Assembly: GCA_963765765.1 (NCBI GenBank)
Contig: CAVXYC010000028.1
Coordinates: 146,613 to 210,612 of the forward strand
Length of the DNA stretch: 64,000 nucleotides
Reading direction: 5' to 3'
DNA from: an uncultured Chloroflexia bacterium
GTDB lineage: Bacteria > Chloroflexota > UBA6077 > JACCZL01
The position numbers were made by a program, and so were the translations under genes. Shown here one piece after another: positions 56,333 through 64,000 of the stretch; the first letter of the stretch is position 1; every line of letters starts with the position of its first letter. The notes below the pieces were generated by a model. That model was not told the DNA's origin. It searched no databases and saw nothing but the letters and a program-made list of their open reading frames with translations.

Positions 56333-57349
56333 TCAAGCCGCCGCCTTGTGGTTCGCCAGAAGCTGCGCGTACTCAGCGGCGACCTCAATGGACGCAAGCA
56401 TGGCGGTGGCACTTGCGATGCCCTTCCCTGCAATATCGAATGCAGTACCATGATCCACTGATGTTCGAATAAACGGCAGTGCGGTCGTAACACTGACCGT
56501 GCGATCAAAGTCCAGAGTCTTTGCGGCAATATGGCCCTGGTCGTGATAGAGCGAGATCACCGCGTCGTACTTGCCCTGGAGTGCCTGGTGAAATACGGCG
56601 TCCGCGGGCACCGGGCCGAAGGCATTCACCCCGTCCTCACGGGCCTGCACAACACCGGGCGTGACGTCCTCGATCTCTTCTTCACCAAACATACCGTTCT
56701 CACCACCGTGCGGGTTGAGTGCGGCCACCGCGATCCTGGCGTTTGGTCGGCCGAAGGTTCGCATCGCAAGATCGGCGCGGCCAAGGACCTGACGCACGTT
56801 TGCAGCCGTCACTTCATCGCAAGATGCTCGCAGCGACATATGGCGGGCCATGAAGAAGATGATCAATCCGCGCACAGAGAACATTGTCAGCGAATCAGGG
56901 CTCTTGGTAATCGCCGAGAGCATCGTGGTGTGATCCAGATACCTGGATCCCGCCATTTGAAGGGCTTCCTTGTTCAGCGGAGCTGTGGCAATCGCGTCGA
57001 TCTCGTGGGCCAGCGCCAGCTCGATGGCCTTATCGAACGCATCGTATGCTGACTTACCGGCAGTGGCTTGAATCTCACCTATTTTGATGTCCGCGATTCC
57101 CGGCGTGGCAATATCAAGGAGATCGATCGTACCGTGCTCATAGATGCCCTCATCAGGGATCGCGACACTACGGACGTCAAGAGAGAGACCGGACGAACGA
57201 ATTGCCCACTCAAGAGGAGCGCGATCGCCGATAGCGAGTGGCCGTCCGACCGAGTACGCGGGCTGCTCGTTCAGCGCCTTGGCGACAATCTCGGGACCGA
57301 TGCCCGCGGGATCGCCGAGCGTTACTCCAATAAGAGGTCGATCAGTCAT
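56333..57349 (-). CDS. pdxA: 4-hydroxythreonine-4-phosphate dehydrogenase family (PdxA/PdxA2)
   Basis: GDPAGIGPE, APLNKEA, LNPHGGE, YHDQGH, RTSVDHGTAFDIAG. Confidence 0.93.
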   Translation of the reverse strand: MTDRPLIGVTLGDPAGIGPEIVAKALNEQPAYSVGRPLAIGDRAPLEWAIRSSGLSLDVRSVAIPDEGIYEHGTIDLLDIATPGIADIKIGEIQATAGKSAYDAFDKAIELALAHEIDAIATAPLNKEALQMAGSRYLDHTTMLSAITKSPDSLTMFSVRGLIIFFMARHMSLRASCDEVTAANVRQVLGRADLAMRTFGRPNARIAVAALNPHGGENGMFGEEEIEDVTPGVVQAREDGVNAFGPVPADAVFHQALQGKYDAVISLYHDQGHIAAKTLDFDRTVSVTTALPFIRTSVDHGTAFDIAGKGIASATAMLASIEVAAEYAQLLANHKAAA

Positions 57350-57480
57350 CGTCAGTTTACTCCTGGGTTTGCCCCGTGCCGAATCGGGGACAATAGCAAT
57401 CTCACGTCCTGTCATACCGTAGCATTTATATCAGTTAGGGTCCTGAGACTCGCGCTCCCGATTCTCGACGAAGGGTCAGA

Positions 57481-59079
57481 ATGACTCGAGCTCCAACTCC
57501 CGCTCAGACGGGGTTTCTAGCCGGCGTACTCACCGCGGCATTCATGACGCTCATCATGTTCGTTCTGCGGGTCGCCACGGGTGTCCCGTCCCTGCTGGAG
57601 CTTCTCGCCGACGGCATCCTTGGAATTCTTCCCGCCGCGTACTTCGAGTCCCTGCTGGGTAGCATGAGGCAGACTGCCAAGCCCGTGCTGTACGTCATCA
57701 TGATCATCGGCCAGCTTCTCGTAGGCGGCGTGATCGGACAGTGGTACGCGCGTCACATGCGCCGCCGACGGGTGCTCTTGACGGTGCTCGGGCTGTGGGC
57801 TTCCTTCGGGCTACTTCTATTCCCTGCGCTTGGGCTCGGAATCTTCGGTAGCGCATCGAGGGAAGATGCCCCCGGCGTCGCGGTTTCAACCTTCGTCGCG
57901 TTCTTGAGCTTTGGCATCTTGCTACTGTTCCTGGTATGGGACCTCAAGCCAGCAGCGGGAACAACAGACTCGGTCAATCGACGCCGATTCTTTAGCTGGC
58001 TGGGAACCGTCACCGCCGGTAGCCTGGTGGCCGTTGTCGGCTGGAGAGTTAGTGACGCCCTACAACAGTCGACAGTCCCCAGTGAGGCAGAGGTGCAGGC
58101 GGCGGAAGCCCTGGATGAAGCGCTTCGCCATGGGACCGGCCCTGCGACGTCCGACGCATCGTTTGGACTCACCGGGCTCCCGCGAGAGATCACCCCCACG
58201 GCCGACTTCTTCACCGTCTCGAAAAACCTTAGCTTTCTCGATCCAGTGATTGATACGCGCACATGGCAGCTTCGCGTTGACGGCCTTGTGGAGCGGCCAC
58301 AGGTGTTGAGCTTTGAGGAGGTCTCGCGACTACCAGCGATTACGGATTTCTATACGCTCCAGTGCATCAGCAATGAGATCGGCGGCGAGCTCATCGGGAA
58401 TGCGCAGTGGAAGGGGTTCCGCCTCGCGGACCTTCTCGCCCAAGCTCAGCTCAAGCCCGGCGTGGTGAAGGTCGTGTTCCACTGCTCTGATGATTACCAG
58501 GTGAGTCTGCGTGTTGATCGCGCCATGCACCCCGAAACTATCGGAGCATACGAGATGAACGGCACACCGCTGAGCAAAGAGCACGGTGCGCCGGTTCGCA
58601 TCATTGTGCCGGGTCTTTACGGCATGATGAACGCAAAATGGGTGAAACGAATCGAGCTGGTCAATTACGACCACAAGGGTTACTGGCAGGGGAAAGGCTG
58701 GAGCGATATTGCCATCTACCAGACCAGCAGCCGCATAGATGTTCCGAGAAAGCAGCCTTCGGTACCGGCGGGTCTTGTGACGGTTGGCGGAATTGCATTT
58801 GCCGGAGATCGTGGTCTTTCATCTGTGGACGTAAGCCTGGACAGGGGAAAAACCTGGCTGCCCGCGGAGATGAAGCCGGCACTAAGTAGGAATGCCTGGG
58901 GACTGTGGCGATACTCCTGGAACGCTGAGCCCGGTAGCTATACGGTGTGGGCACGCGCAACTGATGGAGAGGACCGACTACAGCCAGCGGAGGTGCGCGG
59001 TCCGCTCCCTGACGGCGCCACCGGATTACCAGAAGTCGGAATCAAAGTGGTTCCCGAACCGAAGCCCGGCTCGTCCTGA
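57481..59079 (+). CDS. Polytopic membrane molybdopterin oxidoreductase (sulfite oxidase family)
   Basis: About four TMs, internal NRRRFF, TLQCISN Mo-Cys, EHGAPVR..VPG.YG...AKW, GYW...GW, C-terminal Ig-like domain. Confidence 0.9.
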   Translation: MTRAPTPAQTGFLAGVLTAAFMTLIMFVLRVATGVPSLLELLADGILGILPAAYFESLLGSMRQTAKPVLYVIMIIGQLLVGGVIGQWYARHMRRRRVLLTVLGLWASFGLLLFPALGLGIFGSASREDAPGVAVSTFVAFLSFGILLLFLVWDLKPAAGTTDSVNRRRFFSWLGTVTAGSLVAVVGWRVSDALQQSTVPSEAEVQAAEALDEALRHGTGPATSDASFGLTGLPREITPTADFFTVSKNLSFLDPVIDTRTWQLRVDGLVERPQVLSFEEVSRLPAITDFYTLQCISNEIGGELIGNAQWKGFRLADLLAQAQLKPGVVKVVFHCSDDYQVSLRVDRAMHPETIGAYEMNGTPLSKEHGAPVRIIVPGLYGMMNAKWVKRIELVNYDHKGYWQGKGWSDIAIYQTSSRIDVPRKQPSVPAGLVTVGGIAFAGDRGLSSVDVSLDRGKTWLPAEMKPALSRNAWGLWRYSWNAEPGSYTVWARATDGEDRLQPAEVRGPLPDGATGLPEVGIKVVPEPKPGSS

Positions 59080-59268
59080 GACGCCCAAAGTGGCACTTCG
59101 CGAAGCGACGCGCACGTCCGCTTCCAGCCCTCGCGGGAAAGCGGCCAACAATCATCCACGCCTGCGTCTGGGTAGGCTGAACGGCGACTCGAGGCAATGC
59201 GAGCATCTCCGCGAGACGCGTAACAGAGCATCCCGTAGCGCGGGAGGCTTACACTCTCACGCGCCCCT

Positions 59269-62200
59269 TTAGTGACTGTGGCCGTGTCCGTGCAGCGATT
59301 CTGCGGCGAAGACCGCGGCTTGTTCGGGGAACGGCTCATCATCTTCAGACGAGACGATCTGCCGAGACACAAGCGAGCTGTACAGGCCGTTGTGCTGGAG
59401 AAGCTCGCTGTGCGTACCTTGCTCCACCACATTGCCCCGATCGAGCACAACGATCTGATCTGCATCACGAATTGTGGAGAGCCGATGAGCGATGACCACC
59501 GTCGTCCGGCCTTCCATCAGCGTATCGAGAGCGGCCCGCACTTCTCGCTCGTTCACCGCATCGAGGTGTGACGTTGCTTCATCCAGAATCAGCAGCGACG
59601 CATCCTTGAGTATTGCACGAGCAATCGCAATGCGCTGACGTTGTCCCCCTGAGAGCTGCACACCGCGCTCACCGATGGAGGTAGCGTACCCGTCGGGCAG
59701 GGCATCGATGAAATCATGAGCGTTGGCCTTACGAGCCGCGGCAACGACTTCCTCGTCCGTCGCCTGGGGATTGCCAAGGCGCAGATTCTCCATCAATGAC
59801 GTATTAAACAGGTACGTATCCTGTGAGACGAGCGCAATCCGACTTCGGAGATCGTCGAGCTCAAACTCGTTGAGCGGATGACCGTCCAGCCGAATGTTGC
59901 CGTGCTCTGGATCCCAGAATCGCATGAGCATGTGGGCGCAGGTGGTCTTTCCAGCTCCGGAAGATCCCACCAGCGCCACGGTTTGCCCTGGTTCAACCTG
60001 AATGTTGACGTCCGCGAGAGCCTGTGGCTCCCCCTCGCCATATCGGAAGCTCACAGCTTCCATGTCGATGCGCGGCGGACCCGCATTGAGCGCACCGGGT
60101 ATACCGGGACCGTCGAGAACCGGCACGGGCTCGTCCTGAACGGCAAATAGGCGGCGAGCTGACGCGAGTGTCTCTACGAGCTGCTTGGCGGTCTTTGCCA
60201 GCTCGGTCACCGGCCCAAAGGCCGCGAGTGAGAGCACCGTGATAAGCGGCAGATACCAGCGCGGCAACCCTCCCTGTGAAATGATGACGGCACCAGTAGT
60301 CATCACCGCCAGCCCCGCCAGACCGGTCATGGCTTCGATGAATCCCGCCTGGAACGACTGGTGACTGAGCAATCGGCCGCGAATGTCGGCCAGCTTCCAA
60401 CCGTTCGCGGTGATAGCTTCCGTCCGAGCATTCTCCTGGCCAAAGGCGGCTATCTCCTTGAGTCCCTGAATACTGTCCACCATGTGCGCATGCACATATC
60501 CAACCTCATGTCGGACGCCTGAGCCCAGACGCTCGGCGAGCTTCTGCGCGAAAAAGGGGCTCGCGCCAACCGCGATAAGGAACGGAAACAGGACCAGGGC
60601 AACTGGCCAGGACAGCGACCCCAGGATCATCAACACTGAAGCTGGGACCATGACCGCGACGAATGCCGGCGTGATCGTGTGCGCGAAGAAGAGCTCGATG
60701 GTTTCGACGTCGCCACCAGCGATGCTTACCAGGTCTCCACTTCGTCGACGCACCAGGTAGGCGGGGGCAAGAGGCTCAATAGTGTTGTAGGCGTCGATTC
60801 GCATCTCGGCGAGCAGCATGTAGGCGAGATCGTGCGCGAACCAGGTTTCCGCCCAGGTCAGCAGCGCGGAGAGTACCACCATGACTCCAAGAGCGACGAG
60901 CCAGCCTTGCAAGCCCTGGCCAGCAGCAACCGCTCCGACGAGCAACGCGCTCGTCGCTCCAAGTCCGATGATCGCGGCGTGATGCGCCAGACCCGTGACA
61001 AAGGTGAGTGTCAGATATCCTCGCCATGGGCTGACGATGGCGAAAAGCCGTCCCCAAACTGAGGCGATAGGAATGTCGTCGCCGCTTGCGCTCCGACCCT
61101 GCGAACGAGCGCCGGTTTTGGCGTGGGATACGGGTTGGGTAGATCCGTTGCTTAAGGCGCCATCCGCCTGGGTAACCGTTGCGGGCGTCACATCCGTCTG
61201 GGGGTGACCATTCCTGGTCTCGTCGTGGTCATGCCCCGGGGCTACGCCAGCATGCGCGTGGTCGCCGCTTCGGTCATGGTGGTGATCGTGAGCATTTGAT
61301 CCGTGCTCGCCGTGTCCGCCGTGGTCAATCGTCCCATGCGCGGGATCGCCATTCCGGGCAAACTGGATTGCGGTCACGCCGTTCGGCACACTAGACGGCG
61401 CAGCACTGTGTCCGTTCTCCGCGGGGATTTGCTCCGCGTCCACCGCGTCAGCAACATCACTCTGCTGAGGCGCCATGAGCTGCGCATACAGGCCATTCTG
61501 GCCAATGAGCTCCCGATGGGTACCCGTTTGAACAACCTGGCCGTGCTCCAGGACGATGATCCGATCCGCACGTATGACGCTGGAAAGGCGATGGGCGATG
61601 ACCAGTGTCGTTCGACCAACCATCAGCCTATCGAGTGCCTCCTGGATGGCTGCCTCGTTCTCCGCGTCGACGCTCGATAGAGCTTCGTCCAGAACAAGAA
61701 TCGGCGCGTCTTTCAACAGCGCTCGGGCAATCGCTACGCGTTGCCGTTGCCCACCCGAGAGCCGCGCGCCTCGCTCCCCTACCACTGTTTCGTAGCCGTT
61801 GGGCAGCGAGCTGATGAACTCATGAACGTTTGCAAATCGTGCCGCGGCTTCAAGCTCTTCTTGTGACGCGTTCGGCTTTCCAAGTCGAAGGTTTTCCGCG
61901 ACGGTGCCATGGAACAAATACGTGTCCTGAGTCACGACCGCAATGTTGTCTCGGATCTTCTCCAGCTGGATTTCGCGAAGGTCAATACCACCAAGCAGGA
62001 GTCGCCCGGACTGTGGGTCGACGAATCTCAAGAGCAGCCAGACGAGTGTTGACTTGCCGGCGCCGCTTGGGCCAACCACGCCGAGTGTCTCGCCCGCCTT
62101 CAATGTGAACGAAATACCTTTGAGGGCTGGACGTGCTCCGCCCTGGTACCCGAATACGACGTTGTCGAAGATGATTTCCGGGCGCACTTCGGCCGAGGCA

Positions 62201-63180
62201 GCAACGGTTTTCGGAGCATTGTGAATCGTAATTGGGGTGTCCAGCAGTGCAAAGATTCCCTGCGCAGACGCTTGCGCCAGGATTCCCGTGTGGAAGAGCT
62301 GGACGAGCTCGCGAATCGGTCGGAACACCTCGACACCGAGCAGCAGGATGACAACCAATGAGCTCAGTGGAAGCTCGCCACCACTGACTTTGACGGCCCC
62401 GAGCGCGAGCGCTGTGGCCGCTCCAGCGGATACGCCAAGCATGCTCAGGCCGCCCGTGGCAATGTTGACCCCAAGGATCCACATGGTGGTCTTGTAGAGA
62501 TGGCGCGCCTTGTCCGCCAGCACTGCGCCGCGCGCCTTTGCCTGACCGAAGGCCTTGAGTGTGCTCAGTCCCTGGATGCTATCCAGGAATTCAGAGCCAT
62601 ACACCCCGTATGCAAGGCGGCGCGCTTCGCTGCTGCGCATGTTCTTAACACGCAGGACACCGGGGACGAGGAGCGTGACAGTCGCAAATCCCAGGAAGAC
62701 CAGCGCCACCTGAAGGTCGAGAGTGGCCATGAACAAGAAGATCAATGGCGGTGTCACGACCGCGACGAACAATTGCGGAAGGTACTGGCCAAAGTAGACA
62801 TCAAGCTGTTCAACGGCATCCACAAAGGAGAGCAATACGTCGCCAGTTCGGCGCTGATCGAAATAGCCCGGCCCCAGGGCCAACGCATGCCGGTAGAGCC
62901 TGGTGCGCAGTCCGATCTTGACAATGGCCGCCGTCTGGTGGGCCACGATGTCGCGTCCATACTGGAAGGCCGATCGCAGCACGACAAGCGCCGCTACGCC
63001 GATAAGAAGAGGCACCAGCTCGGAGATATTGGCGCCTTGCAGGACGTGCGCTATTGCGTAGCCCGAGAGTGCTAGCCGTGCAACGCCAGCCCCAACCGCC
63101 AGAAGCCCGAGCATTCCCGCTGCCAGAAGGCGAAGCCGCACACCTCTGGTCAGCTCGTAAAGTCGCGGATCGAAGAACAT
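59269..63180 (-). CDS. Fused heterodimeric ABC exporter (TMD-NBD-TMD-NBD; CydDC/IrtAB-like) with a His-rich linker
   Basis: Two Walker A motifs (GPSGAGKS, GSSGAGKT), two LSGGQ, two LDEA; His-rich linker and HGHGHSH tail. Confidence 0.93.
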   Translation of the reverse strand: MFFDPRLYELTRGVRLRLLAAGMLGLLAVGAGVARLALSGYAIAHVLQGANISELVPLLIGVAALVVLRSAFQYGRDIVAHQTAAIVKIGLRTRLYRHALALGPGYFDQRRTGDVLLSFVDAVEQLDVYFGQYLPQLFVAVVTPPLIFLFMATLDLQVALVFLGFATVTLLVPGVLRVKNMRSSEARRLAYGVYGSEFLDSIQGLSTLKAFGQAKARGAVLADKARHLYKTTMWILGVNIATGGLSMLGVSAGAATALALGAVKVSGGELPLSSLVVILLLGVEVFRPIRELVQLFHTGILAQASAQGIFALLDTPITIHNAPKTVAASAEVRPEIIFDNVVFGYQGGARPALKGISFTLKAGETLGVVGPSGAGKSTLVWLLLRFVDPQSGRLLLGGIDLREIQLEKIRDNIAVVTQDTYLFHGTVAENLRLGKPNASQEELEAAARFANVHEFISSLPNGYETVVGERGARLSGGQRQRVAIARALLKDAPILVLDEALSSVDAENEAAIQEALDRLMVGRTTLVIAHRLSSVIRADRIIVLEHGQVVQTGTHRELIGQNGLYAQLMAPQQSDVADAVDAEQIPAENGHSAAPSSVPNGVTAIQFARNGDPAHGTIDHGGHGEHGSNAHDHHHDRSGDHAHAGVAPGHDHDETRNGHPQTDVTPATVTQADGALSNGSTQPVSHAKTGARSQGRSASGDDIPIASVWGRLFAIVSPWRGYLTLTFVTGLAHHAAIIGLGATSALLVGAVAAGQGLQGWLVALGVMVVLSALLTWAETWFAHDLAYMLLAEMRIDAYNTIEPLAPAYLVRRRSGDLVSIAGGDVETIELFFAHTITPAFVAVMVPASVLMILGSLSWPVALVLFPFLIAVGASPFFAQKLAERLGSGVRHEVGYVHAHMVDSIQGLKEIAAFGQENARTEAITANGWKLADIRGRLLSHQSFQAGFIEAMTGLAGLAVMTTGAVIISQGGLPRWYLPLITVLSLAAFGPVTELAKTAKQLVETLASARRLFAVQDEPVPVLDGPGIPGALNAGPPRIDMEAVSFRYGEGEPQALADVNIQVEPGQTVALVGSSGAGKTTCAHMLMRFWDPEHGNIRLDGHPLNEFELDDLRSRIALVSQDTYLFNTSLMENLRLGNPQATDEEVVAAARKANAHDFIDALPDGYATSIGERGVQLSGGQRQRIAIARAILKDASLLILDEATSHLDAVNEREVRAALDTLMEGRTTVVIAHRLSTIRDADQIVVLDRGNVVEQGTHSELLQHNGLYSSLVSRQIVSSEDDEPFPEQAAVFAAESLHGHGHSH

Positions 63181-63313
63181 GGGACCCTCCGACGGAGACG
63201 TGGACCATATCGTAACGCCAATCGCAAATATTCGCAGCGGCGAGCGCGATTACGAGCCTGACGTTGCGCCTCTACTTCCTCGGCTCAATTAATCCCTGAA
63301 GTACACTTTCACT

Positions 63314-63963
63314 ATGTCGTTCTCTGACTCAGAGTCACTTCACGCATACCGCCCCGCCACGGAGGGCCGGGAGGATCCGCTGCCGGATCTCCGGCAATTC
63401 GCCCTTTCGCAGCGCGTACGGATCGGCGGTCGCACATTTACGGTTCGCGTCGGTCCCATCAACCAACGTGTCCCCTTGGAGCCTGATACGGAGCTCGTTC
63501 ATGTGTGGGCGCTAATGGACGATACGCTCGTCACTTGCGCCGACCTCGGCCTACGAGAGCCGCATTGCTCGCACGCGTGGTCCTCCCTCACGACCGTATC
63601 ACTGAAACGGTGGTCGATTATTACGCGCCGCAGCGACGCCCCGATGGAGATAACCCGCGCCTGGGGTGCTGGGGGATCCGTCCAGACCTTCAGGTCAGCG
63701 GGGTACGTGATGACTGTGGCATCGCGTTGCTCGTGGGTATCGCGACCTGGACAGTGGGCGCCGAACCGCGAGGATCACAACTGGATTACCTGCGCAGGCT
63801 GCGAGACGCCGTGGTGGAGAGCCTGGCGTACATCGTGCTCACAGCGGAGAAGCAGGATAAGCAGGCCGCCCGCTCGACCTTCCCAACTAGTCGGCGCTTC
63901 ACGCCAGCACAACAAAAGAAGGACGGCGCCGTGGCGCGTCCATCTTTTAGATTACTAGAATGA
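63314..63963 (+). CDS. Hypothetical protein (about 215 aa), probably one gene with a frameshift near 63588
   Basis: The N-part of ORF 63314 and the C-part of ORF 63505..63963 join at tccctcacgacc; TACACT 6 nt before the ATG. Confidence 0.5.
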
Positions 63964-64000
63964 TGAAAGCTACGCGGGCTTCATCTCGTTGATGCGAGCC

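Noticed and set aside
1426-63963. Split genes (TRAP, TAXI, Rieske, VWA, wcaJ-like, mfd, last ORF) as programmed frameshifts or mass pseudogenisation
   Set aside because: The breaks are 1-2 nt indels in short runs, with no premature in-frame stops or motif decay and no slippery heptamers; sequencing error is the simpler explanation.
1-64000. CRISPR arrays, tRNA/rRNA genes, inteins, transposases
   Set aside because: No regularly spaced direct repeats, cloverleaf or rRNA signatures, intein insertion in dnaB, or transposase motifs were seen by eye.

Overview
A GC-rich (about 60% by eye) bacterial chromosomal segment, probably Chloroflexota. That assignment is inferred from the rplI-dnaB-dnaD-(tandem IstB/DnaC ATPase) block, GAAC-N4-GTTC SOS boxes, TAXI/Rieske genes and an S8 protease with WYFAEG repeats. 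In order, it contains: the end of a heme-copper oxidase assembly cluster (ctaB, SCO, DUF420, ABC pair) interrupted by a TAXI-TRAP transporter and a Rieske oxygenase; an accessory block (degenerate NERD, lipoprotein subtilase, Zn-finger, two HTH proteins, CHAT caspase-like fragment); MFS, L,D-transpeptidase, CbiX; a 12.5 kb ABC + MoxR/DUF58/VWA operon; ubiX, an alpha-hydroxy acid oxidase and a trypsin-fold protein with substituted catalytic residues; rplI-dnaB-dnaD-dnaC-like; a glycan cluster; pth-mfd; GH73, DHDPS-like, adenine deaminase, BtuF-like, MBL, DEAD-box helicase, pdxA, a Mo-oxidoreductase, and a fused ABC exporter with a His-rich linker. About 12 frameshifts split otherwise intact genes, most likely long-read consensus errors. 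I saw no rRNA, tRNA, CRISPR array or transposase. Best leads: tandem LexA boxes in front of an unannotated ORF antisense to cbiX; the ABC-MoxR-VWA operon with a degenerate ATPase; an SH3-like module shared by two cell-wall enzymes; an apparent ATA start for the helicase; and the protease/CHAT block. All calls come from motif recognition by eye, and no database searches were run.
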